Virus record (IMG/VR): IMGVR_UViG_3300042321_000183
Strand: one strand, 5' to 3'
Length of the DNA stretch: 64,000 nucleotides
DNA from: a virus
Lineage: Duplodnaviria; Heunggongvirae; Uroviricota; Caudoviricetes
The translations under genes were made by a program, and so were the position numbers. The notes beneath the pieces were generated by a model. It saw only the letters and a program-made list of their open reading frames with translations, did not search any database and had not been told where the DNA came from. Positions 48,669 through 57,896 of this stretch are shown piece by piece (position 1 is the stretch's first letter; every line of letters starts with the position of its first letter).

Positions 48669-50183
48669 TTAAGATAATTTTGTCCAAGTAGATCCACCAT
48701 TTGTAGATCTCCAAAGTCCAGTTGTTTCTGCAGCAATTGCTACAGTTGCATTATAAGAAATTGATACACTAGTCCAAAGTTTAGAACTTGCTACTGAAGA
48801 AAGTGTACCAAATGAAACTGATTTATATAAAGTGCTTGCTCCTGAAGTACCTGGAACAGCTATTATATTTGTACCACTTCCATCTATAGTTACACCAAGC
48901 CATTGAGTAGAAACTCCACCAAAATTTGCATACGTGTCACCATAATCTATACTTCTTTTCAACTGAACATTTCCAGGACTATATCCGTAAAATCCACCTT
49001 GATTAGCAACAACCACTTTTGATCCATCAGCAGAGGTACTCACTCCATAATATGTTTGATTACCATCTTGAGCTTTGGGTGTAAAATTACCTAAAGCAGT
49101 TGTTGTTCTTCCTACAGTTCCATCAAATGCTGCCATACTAAGATTAATGGTAGCAGCATATTGACGATTACCTGAACTATCTACTGTAACAGCATAGGGT
49201 GCTTGAGGATAAAGACCACCAAAAGAAAAATCTACTCTTACAAAAGATACTCCATAATCTGAAGATCTCCAAATTTGACCCAACCCTGATTCTGCTTCAC
49301 CTAAATTTATTGCTCCAACAATTACATATTGTCCTGTTCTATTTGTAGTAATTGAAGAATATGCTCCTGTTGCAGTACCTGTAGTATTCCAATTAACACC
49401 ATAATCTGTAGATCTTGAAATAACACCTGGTTGTCCTTGAGCTTGTGAAAGACAATACATATACTCACCTGTTCCACTTACAGCAACTCTATAGAGTGTA
49501 TTTGTCCCAGCAACAGTAACTGTTGTATAAGTAAGTCCATAGTCATTAGAAATATATAATTTATTATTTGTAACGCATATTGTAGCTACATATTTTCCAT
49601 CATTTGAGCTAGTAACATCATCTCTACTTACAATAGTCTGAATAAAATTAAGGTTGTTAGTTGGATTAAATATAGTTGTTGTTGTTGTTGTTGTTGTTGA
49701 TCCACAAGGTCCAGTTTTACAATTACCAATAGGTGTTAACGTTCCTGTACCTGATACGATGTTAGCTTGTAATAAGCCACCAATAACAGCTGCACAAATA
49801 TATCTAGTACCAGCTGTTGCATAAACATAGTTTTCATTTACTCCAAAACAATTAAATGTTGCTACTTCACCACCAGCAGATGTAATATTTACTTCAACAC
49901 AATTACAAGGATCTGAAATAAATGTTGTGGTTGTACTTGTTGTACTTGTACTTGATGTAGTAGTTGTAGTTGGAGGTGAAACTAAATTAGACTTAACAAC
50001 AAGTTCATTAACAGACTTACCTGTAGGAATTATATTTACAAAAAATTCTGCTTCACCTGAAGTTACTTGTTTAGTGTTAGGAACAGGAATTATATTCTTT
50101 AATGTAAATACTCCATTGTTCACAGCATCCTGTAAATTATTTAATGAAACACATTGATTATTTGCTATTGATGCCCAACTCAT
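48669..50183 (-). CDS. BNR/Asp-box repeat (beta-propeller, sialidase-like fold) protein with a family B N-terminal module
   Basis: There are at least five Asp-box-like repeats: ISNDYGLTYTTV, RSTDYGVNWNTT, RSSDYGVSFVRV, RSIDYGDTYANF, RSTNGGSTWTKL (consensus S-x-D-x-G-x-T-W). The N-terminal ~75 aa (MSWASIANNQCVSLNNLQDAVNNGVFTLKN...) is about 70% identical to the N-terminus of ORF 50216..50896. The linker is poly-Thr. Confidence 0.65.
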   Translation of the reverse strand: MSWASIANNQCVSLNNLQDAVNNGVFTLKNIIPVPNTKQVTSGEAEFFVNIIPTGKSVNELVVKSNLVSPPTTTTTSSTSTTSTTTTFISDPCNCVEVNITSAGGEVATFNCFGVNENYVYATAGTRYICAAVIGGLLQANIVSGTGTLTPIGNCKTGPCGSTTTTTTTTIFNPTNNLNFIQTIVSRDDVTSSNDGKYVATICVTNNKLYISNDYGLTYTTVTVAGTNTLYRVAVSGTGEYMYCLSQAQGQPGVISRSTDYGVNWNTTGTATGAYSSITTNRTGQYVIVGAINLGEAESGLGQIWRSSDYGVSFVRVDFSFGGLYPQAPYAVTVDSSGNRQYAATINLSMAAFDGTVGRTTTALGNFTPKAQDGNQTYYGVSTSADGSKVVVANQGGFYGYSPGNVQLKRSIDYGDTYANFGGVSTQWLGVTIDGSGTNIIAVPGTSGASTLYKSVSFGTLSSVASSKLWTSVSISYNATVAIAAETTGLWRSTNGGSTWTKLS

Positions 50184-50215
50184 TACTTATTTAATATTAA
50201 TTTGGTTTTAAAATA

Positions 50216-50896
50216 TTATATTGGGCAACCTAATGTAAATGACCACGCAGTTCCTGGAAGAGGAGCATAAACAAAAACATTTGCTGTAGTTGGTGAGGAA
50301 GCATTTTTAGAAAATACAGAAGTTCCATTACCAGGACTTACTACTAGTGGATAACCATCTCCTGGCCATTGAGTAGTGTTTGGATAAGTTAATCCTGTTA
50401 TAGGATCTACTTTACCACTTAAAGAAGAATTAAAGTTACTTCTAAGACTTCCTCCAATGTTATAATTAGAATTACCTCTATATCCTGTATCAATTACAAA
50501 ATTACCATTCCATTGAACTATAAATCTATCAGGAACATTTTGTGCATCAAATGTCAGAGTAGTATTTCCTGTACCACTACCAACTGTAATTGTGAATGGT
50601 GTTGGATATGTAACTCCTCCTGAATAAGAAGTTGGATTTCCACAAGGAGTTGGAACTTGAGTAGTTGATGTAGTTGTTGTACTACCAGAAGATATTACAT
50701 CACTTTTAATTACAAGTTCATTAGCAGACCTATTTGTTATATTTTGAATGTTTACATAAAATTCTGCTTCATTTCTAGTGACTTGTTTGTTACTAACAGG
50801 GATAGCATTTTTTAATGTAAACACATTATTGTTTACACCATCTTGTAAATTATTGCAAGAAATACACTGATTGTTTGTTAAGGATGCCCAACTCAT
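50216..50896 (-). CDS. Hypothetical 226-aa protein, paralogous N-terminal module (family B) with a different C-terminal domain
   Basis: MSWASLTNNQCISCNNLQDGVNNNVFTLKNAIPVSNKQVTRNEAEFYVNI... aligns with the N-terminus of 48669..50183 and is followed by a TTTTSTT linker. Confidence 0.6.
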   Translation of the reverse strand: MSWASLTNNQCISCNNLQDGVNNNVFTLKNAIPVSNKQVTRNEAEFYVNIQNITNRSANELVIKSDVISSGSTTTTSTTQVPTPCGNPTSYSGGVTYPTPFTITVGSGTGNTTLTFDAQNVPDRFIVQWNGNFVIDTGYRGNSNYNIGGSLRSNFNSSLSGKVDPITGLTYPNTTQWPGDGYPLVVSPGNGTSVFSKNASSPTTANVFVYAPLPGTAWSFTLGCPI

Positions 50897-50898
50897 TA

Positions 50899-52797
50899 TT
50901 ATTTTAATTTAGCTTCAAGTTCTGCAATACGTTTTTCTAATGCTGCTATCTTTAATGTATGAACAGCTATGTAGTTTACACTTAACTTTTCATCTATCTC
51001 ATTAACAACATCAGGAATAATTTCTTGTACTTGTTGAGCTGAATAACCATAGTTAATTGTATTAGTTACAATATCAGTACGCTTAAATTTAATTACATCT
51101 ATTCCAAGCACATTTATTTCTGGGTTCCATTCTAATACATCCTTATACCTAATATCAGAAGTTTCAAAAAATGCTGGAGCTGTAACACCAGATGAATCAA
51201 TTGTAACCACATCAGCATTCATTGCTCTAATTATCACACCTCCACCATTATAGTTACCAATAAATGCTGTATAACCTGATGTAGGAAGTAATTGTAATGT
51301 AGCAGTATTACTACCACCTAATGCTCTAACTGTAACGTATGGTTCTATGCCTGCAAAATCTGCAACATAGTTTCCTGCTGGTTGACCATTACCTAGATAT
51401 ACATTAAGTCTTGATCCTGGATTAGGACCACCTATTGATGTATAATTATCATCATCATATATAGAACATCCTACAGCAGAAGTAGCACTACTATATTTAA
51501 GAACTTGATTAGTAGCACCAGAAATACTATTAGATACACCAGAAGATCCACTAGTACCACTAACCCCAGAAGATCCAGAGCTACCTGATGATCCAGAAGA
51601 GCCAGATGAACCTGAAGATCCACTAGACCCTGATGATCCATTTGTACCAGTTGTTCCATTGGTACCACTAGTACCACTAGAACCAGAAGTTCCATTTGTT
51701 CCACTTGTACCTGTTGTTCCAGAAGTGCCAGTTGTTCCATTAGTACCAGAAGTACCAGCTGTACCAGACGTACCACTAGTACCAGCTGTACCATTTGTTC
51801 CAGAAGAACCAGAAGTACCACTAGAACCATTACCACCTGCAGCTCCTGCTAAGTTAACTGTCCAAGAACTATAAGTTCCTGAACCTACAGTAGCACTTGG
51901 TGTACCTAAAACTAAAACACCTGTTCCAGAGTTATAAGATGTAACTGGAGAAGTTTGATAGTTTGATCCATTAAATGAAATTAATACAGATTGTGCTATG
52001 GTATAAGAAAGTCCTGTACCAACAGTAATTGTACCTCCACTTCCTAGTGTAAATGAGCTAACTGATGTTGTAGCATATTTATCACCTGATAGTCCTGCTG
52101 TACCACTGGTTGCATTTTGACCACTTGTGCCACTGCTTCCATTAGCTCCGTCAGCTCCTGCTGTTCCTGCTGTTCCTGCTGTTCCACTAGAGCCATCAGT
52201 ACCACTTGTACCACTATTACCACTTGATCCTGAATTTCCACTTGTACCACTACTACCACTGATTCCAGAACTACCATCAACACCACTAGAACCATTTTTA
52301 CCAGCAGTTCCTGAACTTCCAGAAGATCCAGAAGAACCAGACAAAGCTGATGTACCAGAAGAACCTGCTGTACCATTTACACCAGCAGCACCTTGAGCAC
52401 CAGTTACACCACTAGAGCCAGAAGAACCAGAGGTTCCAGAAGAACCACTTGTACTAGGAGTTCCACTAGTTCCTGATGTTCCATTTTTTCCACCACCTCC
52501 ACCACCTGTTACTACATAGTCAATTTTTTCTAATGCAGTGGTTAAAGTGTCACAAGTGTTAACACCTGAGTTAGGAAGATTAGGTCCAACATAGACAGTA
52601 TTATTACTATTATAAGGAGCATCTGCACAGCCTGTAGCACCACACCAGCAGCCCCAGCCACCAGTGCCAGCAGTGCCAGCAGTACCAACACATCCACAAT
52701 CACCCACTACACCACCACAACAACCACAGTTTTGACCAGGTTGATAATATGCAGTGTAACAAGGATTAGGATTAGGATAGCAAGAAGAACAAGACAT
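50899..52797 (-). CDS. Collagen-like fiber protein with a Cys-rich N-terminus and a C-terminal S74-type chaperone domain
   Basis: It has two G-X-Y arrays plus the shared [12 protein letters not shown]...GSGTYSSWTVNL module. The C-terminus TSDIRYKDVLEWNPEINVLGIDVIKFKRTD...YGYSAQQVQEIIPDVV (nt ~50899-51175) matches the S74 chaperone signature. The N-terminus MSCSSCYPNPNPCY...CCGG..C is Cys-rich. Confidence 0.8.
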   Translation of the reverse strand: MSCSSCYPNPNPCYTAYYQPGQNCGCCGGVVGDCGCVGTAGTAGTGGWGCWCGATGCADAPYNSNNTVYVGPNLPNSGVNTCDTLTTALEKIDYVVTGGGGGGKNGTSGTSGTPSTSGSSGTSGSSGSSGVTGAQGAAGVNGTAGSSGTSALSGSSGSSGSSGTAGKNGSSGVDGSSGISGSSGTSGNSGSSGNSGTSGTDGSSGTAGTAGTAGADGANGSSGTSGQNATSGTAGLSGDKYATTSVSSFTLGSGGTITVGTGLSYTIAQSVLISFNGSNYQTSPVTSYNSGTGVLVLGTPSATVGSGTYSSWTVNLAGAAGGNGSSGTSGSSGTNGTAGTSGTSGTAGTSGTNGTTGTSGTTGTSGTNGTSGSSGTSGTNGTTGTNGSSGSSGSSGSSGSSGSSGSSGSSGVSGTSGSSGVSNSISGATNQVLKYSSATSAVGCSIYDDDNYTSIGGPNPGSRLNVYLGNGQPAGNYVADFAGIEPYVTVRALGGSNTATLQLLPTSGYTAFIGNYNGGGVIIRAMNADVVTIDSSGVTAPAFFETSDIRYKDVLEWNPEINVLGIDVIKFKRTDIVTNTINYGYSAQQVQEIIPDVVNEIDEKLSVNYIAVHTLKIAALEKRIAELEAKLK

Positions 52798-52818
52798 TTT
52801 ATAGTTAGTTTAAATAGA

Positions 52819-53976
52819 TTAAGGAATATACATAATATAATATGCAGCTATTACAGGTTGTATGTTAGGATGAGCTCCTCCACTACCTGTATCGCTGTTT
52901 GAAACAGCCACACTAAGTGCTACAGGACCAGCTCCACTTGCACTACTTATACCAGAGTTATGTACTTGAGAACTAGCAATTGAAAATTTATAACTTGCAT
53001 TACCACCATCTCCTTTTTCATTTGCCATAACTTGTAATGCATTTGGAGCAGGACTATTACCAGGACCTGATCCTCCCATTATTATGTGAGTGTGGTTTGG
53101 CACTGATCCAGATGCCACTACAGTAGCATTATGACTATGTACAGGAATTTGTGATGTAATCAAAGTTACAGTGTTTGCTCCTGCTGTGTTATACAAAGCA
53201 TAGTTTGGATTACCAGCATTAGCAGGATTTACTGCAGCATCTAATGGAGCACCTGGTACATTTTGAATGGCTCCTACAGCAGCACGTCCTCTTCTATCAG
53301 GGGTGCCATTTAGACCATTACATAAATATACTTTGAAGAAACCATTTGCTGGGATGCCAATACCTGATCCATCAAAGTTTGTTAATGGTCCATAATATTC
53401 ATAGGCTACAAATGGAACCATTTTTAAATACTGTTGGGTAGAACCACCACCTGATGTACCTGCAATATATGCAGCAATCAAAGCATCAAGATCTGCTAAC
53501 TTAACATAGTTTGTATTTACATTAAGAGTAAGAGCAGTAAGATCAGTTGAAACTGCACAAAGTTTATTTATAGTAGCCTGAACAATATCATGAGTGTCAG
53601 AAGAAGCTGTAACTCCTGTAAGACAGCCAATTGTATAATCAGCATTTAATATAGTTAGTGTATTATTAATACTAACAACACGAGTGTTAATATCACAAAT
53701 AGCTCTTACAATTCCTGAAATTATTGTAGGAAGTGTAAAAGTACTACCTGCAGGTAAAAATGTCTGCATGTAGTTACATAAAAAAGTAGGGTTTATACTA
53801 ATGTTTATACCAGATCCATTCAAGAAAGAAATGACTTTTTCTATCAAAGCAATCTCTACTTGGTATAAAGAATCACCAGCATCAATGCCCACTGAGGCAT
53901 ACGTAACTCCTGTATATCTGACACACTTATCAGATACTATATCAACACAACCATTGTAGCAACTTTCGCAAGACAT
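52819..53976 (-). CDS. Phage tail collar domain protein (T4 gp12-type HxH metal site)
   Basis: The C-terminal region has IPVHSHNATV and PNHTHII (nt ~53100-53150) and ends NIQPVIAAYYIMYIP. This is characteristic of the Phage_tail_collar domain that ends short tail fibers and receptor-binding tips. The N-terminus MSCESCYNGC resembles that of ORF 50899..52797. Confidence 0.65.
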   Translation of the reverse strand: MSCESCYNGCVDIVSDKCVRYTGVTYASVGIDAGDSLYQVEIALIEKVISFLNGSGINISINPTFLCNYMQTFLPAGSTFTLPTIISGIVRAICDINTRVVSINNTLTILNADYTIGCLTGVTASSDTHDIVQATINKLCAVSTDLTALTLNVNTNYVKLADLDALIAAYIAGTSGGGSTQQYLKMVPFVAYEYYGPLTNFDGSGIGIPANGFFKVYLCNGLNGTPDRRGRAAVGAIQNVPGAPLDAAVNPANAGNPNYALYNTAGANTVTLITSQIPVHSHNATVVASGSVPNHTHIIMGGSGPGNSPAPNALQVMANEKGDGGNASYKFSIASSQVHNSGISSASGAGPVALSVAVSNSDTGSGGAHPNIQPVIAAYYIMYIP

Positions 53977-53984
53977 ATTATAAT

Positions 53985-54260
53985 TTATTTATTAATTAGA
54001 ATTTTAACCCTGCTTATAACTTGAGAGGTAGTGGGAAGACCACACACCATAGCATAATCTGGATTACAAGATCTATATTCTAATATACGTTTGTAATTTA
54101 GTAAATCTCCTATTACATCCCCAGGGATGTAAGTATTGGTAGAAAAGGAGATATTGTTATATTCAATATTTGCCCAATATGTCAACCTTGCATCAATTTG
54201 TGTAAGAGTTGCTGGGATACTACCATTTATTACACAATCTGTCAATCTTGGTGTAAGCAT
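53985..54260 (-). CDS. Hypothetical 91-aa protein
   Basis: The ORF lies 8 nt downstream of the tail collar gene. Confidence 0.45.
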   Translation of the reverse strand: MLTPRLTDCVINGSIPATLTQIDARLTYWANIEYNNISFSTNTYIPGDVIGDLLNYKRILEYRSCNPDYAMVCGLPTTSQVISRVKILINK

Positions 54261-54372
54261 CTTTTAATCTTTTTAGAGCATTTTTTGCTTTGTTGTGACA
54301 AGCTGAACATAGGCCATTAATCAACTGACAGCCACATCCAACTTTCATGCCACATCCTCTACAGTTTGCCAT
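54220..54372 (-). CDS. Candidate unannotated 50-aa Cys-rich (zinc-ribbon-like) small protein
   Basis: Hand translation of the - strand from the ATG at 54372 gives MANCRGCGMKVGCGCQLINGLCSACHNKAKNALKRLKDAYTKIDRLCNKW, with a TAG stop at 54220-54222. It has CxxC, CxC and CxxC spacing. It starts 1 nt after the stop of ORF 54374..54931 and overlaps the start of the 91-aa ORF in another frame. It is shorter than the ORF-track threshold. Confidence 0.4.
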   Translation of the reverse strand: MANCRGCGMKVGCGCQLINGLCSACHNKAKNALKRLKDAYTKIDRLCNKW

Positions 54373-54373
54373 A

Positions 54374-54931
54374 TTAGTAGAAATTAATTATATAGTTGTT
54401 TCCTGTACAACCACATTGGTTAGCAATAAAATAGTCAAGTTGTCTATTAGCTTGATTGTACAATCTGTTAGCTGTATCAATTGCACAGTTATTAGCTGCT
54501 GCTATAGATCCTTGAATCATATAATATACACTATTTAATACCACCTTAGCTTGGGTTCTGATAGCTGAATCACATTCCATCATATCAAGTTTCATAAAAG
54601 CACTATCAAACTTTTCCTGAATAGCATTTGTACGCATTATGTTTTTTTCTACATAATTAGTATTTGCTGGAGCCACTGAATATTTTAAAAAATATACACC
54701 ATCAGGTAATGGAGAAATAGCAGGAAAAGCAGTTAAACCCAATATAATTGAGTTATAAGTATTTATTTGTTGAACATTGAAAGGAATAGCTACAGGAACA
54801 GTATAACCAGGCACAGTTATTTGCATAGTTGGAGAACTAACACTTGGTGGATTTGTATTATACACAGACGTATCAGCTATTGCTAATGTGCTAGTATCAT
54901 AAGTGTTAATTACTAAAAAATCTAATGTCAT
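54374..54931 (-). CDS. Hypothetical 185-aa structural protein
   Basis: It is the first ORF after the terminator at 54941-54984. Confidence 0.5.
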   Translation of the reverse strand: MTLDFLVINTYDTSTLAIADTSVYNTNPPSVSSPTMQITVPGYTVPVAIPFNVQQINTYNSIILGLTAFPAISPLPDGVYFLKYSVAPANTNYVEKNIMRTNAIQEKFDSAFMKLDMMECDSAIRTQAKVVLNSVYYMIQGSIAAANNCAIDTANRLYNQANRQLDYFIANQCGCTGNNYIINFY

Positions 54932-54940
54932 GATTTATAT

Positions 54941-54984
54941 AATAAAAATGCCAGAGGATTTGAGATATCCTCTCACCCTCTGGC
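54941..54984 (-). terminator. Rho-independent terminator after ORF 55013..56173
   Basis: The - strand carries GCCAGAGG ... CCUCUGGC, an 8-bp GC-rich stem with an alternative inner AGAGGA/UCCUCU pairing. It is followed immediately by AUUUUUAUU. Confidence 0.5.
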
Positions 54985-55012
54985 ATAGGTTAATATGATC
55001 TTACCTTAGTTC

Positions 55013-56173
55013 TTAAGGGATCAAAGTAGTTGTTGTTGAAGTACTAGGCCATACAGTAGTTGTAGTACTAGTTGTAGTGATACAAGATGTATCTCCAGCA
55101 ACAGTTCCTAAAGCAGCTTCTAATATAGCTTCGATAGCAGTTGTTTGATTGCTAGGAACAGCAATAATCACTGTGCTATCTTCATAGATATAGTCACCCC
55201 ATTGGTACTCAGATTTATTATACTCATTGAATTTGATATAGTACAAATCATAGATTTGACCATCAGTTACCCAAGACTCAAAGTTCTCGTTGTAACCACC
55301 CATTCTGTATAAATGCTTTAAGTAACCAGCTTGGTAGCTATAGAAGTTCTTCTCTAATTGTTGAACTTCAGCAGAAGTACCAACAGGATAGTTAGAACGT
55401 TGTCTAATCACTGGAGTAGCAACTCTGTTACAAGGATCATCAACAATGAAATCAGCAGTTGTAGCTGGACCAGAGAAGATGAAAGTTCTGAAGTAGAATC
55501 TGTCATACTCCCAAGGGAATGCAGCAACGTCACAAGGCTGGCCATATTTAGTCAATGGTTTACCAGTGATACGTAAGAACGCATTTGCATTGTTACCAAG
55601 TCTTTGGAATTGGTAAAATTGATTTAAAGTGATGTTATCAGGATTGTTACCTGGAGCATCTAACTCTAAATGATAGATAAGATCATCAATCAATGCAGGC
55701 ACATCTACATCTGTACAAGGATCGTCACCACATCCAAGACATGGAGCATTAACTGTTACAGAACGAGTGAAACCATTGAAGTACAATGTTTCTAAGTAGC
55801 TAGAGAAACCACGTAAAGTTAATGTTACAATCTCACCAGGTTTAACTGTGAAACCAGTTACATCAGTAACTTGATTTACAGCAGTTGCACAACCATTAGA
55901 CTTGTACCATTCAGTTACGTTTGACTTACAAGCAGCACCAGTTACACATCCAGCAATTTTGTCTGAACGCTTAGAGCCTTGTAAATACGTGTTTGTTCTA
56001 CCTTGAGCAACATAGAAATAAGGGGCATCAGCGATGTTACTAGATGTAGCAACACTATAGTCATTTAGGAAAATACCTACTTGACCAGCTGTTAAATTCT
56101 GTGTAGATCCAGAGCTAGGTAATGTGTTTCCTACTGGTACTACAAAGAGGGTGGTTAATGAAAAATCAGCCAT
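55013..56173 (-). CDS. Hypothetical 386-aa structural protein (likely abundant, given the terminator after it) with a C-terminal poly-Thr tail
   Basis: The ORF ends ...TTTSTTTTVWPSTSTTTTLIP. A terminator follows. No fold was recognised. Confidence 0.5.
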   Translation of the reverse strand: MADFSLTTLFVVPVGNTLPSSGSTQNLTAGQVGIFLNDYSVATSSNIADAPYFYVAQGRTNTYLQGSKRSDKIAGCVTGAACKSNVTEWYKSNGCATAVNQVTDVTGFTVKPGEIVTLTLRGFSSYLETLYFNGFTRSVTVNAPCLGCGDDPCTDVDVPALIDDLIYHLELDAPGNNPDNITLNQFYQFQRLGNNANAFLRITGKPLTKYGQPCDVAAFPWEYDRFYFRTFIFSGPATTADFIVDDPCNRVATPVIRQRSNYPVGTSAEVQQLEKNFYSYQAGYLKHLYRMGGYNENFESWVTDGQIYDLYYIKFNEYNKSEYQWGDYIYEDSTVIIAVPSNQTTAIEAILEAALGTVAGDTSCITTTSTTTTVWPSTSTTTTLIP

Positions 56174-56199
56174 TTTGCTTTATATTTAATTGTGAAAAA

Positions 56200-56931
56200 T
56201 TATTCGTTTGTTTGTATTCTATAGATTGAGCTTTGAACAGCACTTTGGTTTTCTGTATACATTGCCAAGTTTTGTACTGTAAGATCCAACAACTCATCTT
56301 CTAAGTAAGTCTCAAGTTCACAGTTTTGATCAAAAGAAGGCAAGCCATCTAACATGATATATCCTGTCTTGTTAATGTACACTGGATATCTCATATATGA
56401 TATGTAAATATCTTTTGGTGTAAATGTACCATCTGTAAATATAGATATCTCGTCAGAGGATAGAAAGTTAAATGTTTCTTGATATTCGAAAGAAGGCTTG
56501 TAGTTGTCATTAGTTAGTATAAACTGAATGTCACCATGTTTAGCCAAATCTCTATTTATCCATATCTTTCTATTTGTACATCTTCCTTTGTCTGCTAATA
56601 TATAACTATCAAGATAGAACATATATTTTGGAGTCAAAACATTAAGACTTGCAAAATACTGATTCAACTGTGCATTCTTTAATGCTAAAGGCAAAGGTTG
56701 ATTGTTATAGGTGATAACTAAACTTTGAAGGTCTTCATAGCGTTTTTTAAATGCATCCAACCCATAACCAGAGTTTGTACTAGTACCATCAACCTTTTGC
56801 TTTATTAGCTTTATCTGAGCTTCGTTAAGTGCTAGAATCTTATCTTCTAGGTTAATTTGTTGATGCTCATTTGTTGATAGTTTATTTAGTTTCTGGTCAA
56901 TCTTATATAATAAACTATCTACTGGGATCAT
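56200..56931 (-). CDS. Hypothetical 243-aa structural protein
   Basis: It overlaps the upstream gene by 4 nt. Confidence 0.5.
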   Translation of the reverse strand: MIPVDSLLYKIDQKLNKLSTNEHQQINLEDKILALNEAQIKLIKQKVDGTSTNSGYGLDAFKKRYEDLQSLVITYNNQPLPLALKNAQLNQYFASLNVLTPKYMFYLDSYILADKGRCTNRKIWINRDLAKHGDIQFILTNDNYKPSFEYQETFNFLSSDEISIFTDGTFTPKDIYISYMRYPVYINKTGYIMLDGLPSFDQNCELETYLEDELLDLTVQNLAMYTENQSAVQSSIYRIQTNE

Positions 56932-57896
56932 AATGAGGCTATTTTTTTTCCTTTTAATTTGCCTTCCAAAGTCAATAACTGATCTTGGTTGTCTTCATCT
57001 GCAAGGAATTTAACTAAATCATCTTCATCAACTGCTATTTCAAATTCACCTTCAAAAACTCTACCATTAGGTCTCACTCTATAAATTGAATGAGCAACAG
57101 CTTGTTTTACTAGGTCTTTGATATGGAGCAAGTTTTCTTTCATATCTGCAAATCTGTTGAACACTTCTATAGGGTTCAAACCTTGATATTTGCCATTCTT
57201 GAATTCTGTTTGTTTTAGGAGGTTATCCACCTGATTGTAAACTGCTTCTTCTTTAGAATCATCAGATACTGGAAGACCAAGTAGACGAGCCACTTTCTTC
57301 TTCTTCTCAGGAGTCATAGAATCAAACTTAACAATAGCTTTATTAATAAGTTGTTTCTTTTTAAACATCACCTTGTTTTCAATCTCATCATCTGCAACAT
57401 AATATTGAATGTCTGCAGGGAATTCACCACGCTCCCAAGCTTGATAGCTAGAAGCAATTGTTGGATGAACTCTCAACCATGAGAATGCTAGCTCTTGCAA
57501 TGGCATTGACAAATCATAATAATTGTCGCCATCCATAAGCTTAACAGGTTGTACGTGTAAGGAATCATCAACAGAAGTTGATAAGCCATAGTTCCAGAAC
57601 TGAGAACGAGGACCTAAGTCAACACCACCTAATGCTGCTTCTAGCTTGTCTCTTAATTCTGTTACTCTTTCAATCTCCATCTCTCTTTCAAGAGGATCAG
57701 AGATTCTTCTGATGTAAGCAGCCTTTGGATCTAAGCCTGTTCTGTACTGACCATCCAATTCTTTATAAGGATATTTAAAAACTCCTGTACCAGGAATTCT
57801 TGTGTAGCCTCTTGATGCAAGTCCACCTTGCATTGTTTGTAACTGAGAATTGTTGTAGTCTTTTTTAATAGTAGATATTTTTCCTATCTTGCCCAT
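56928..57896 (-). CDS. Hypothetical 322-aa structural protein (first gene after the structured region following the capsid candidate)
   Basis: The ORF was called from the six-frame track. No motifs were recognised. Confidence 0.5.
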   Translation of the reverse strand: MGKIGKISTIKKDYNNSQLQTMQGGLASRGYTRIPGTGVFKYPYKELDGQYRTGLDPKAAYIRRISDPLEREMEIERVTELRDKLEAALGGVDLGPRSQFWNYGLSTSVDDSLHVQPVKLMDGDNYYDLSMPLQELAFSWLRVHPTIASSYQAWERGEFPADIQYYVADDEIENKVMFKKKQLINKAIVKFDSMTPEKKKKVARLLGLPVSDDSKEEAVYNQVDNLLKQTEFKNGKYQGLNPIEVFNRFADMKENLLHIKDLVKQAVAHSIYRVRPNGRVFEGEFEIAVDEDDLVKFLADEDNQDQLLTLEGKLKGKKIASL

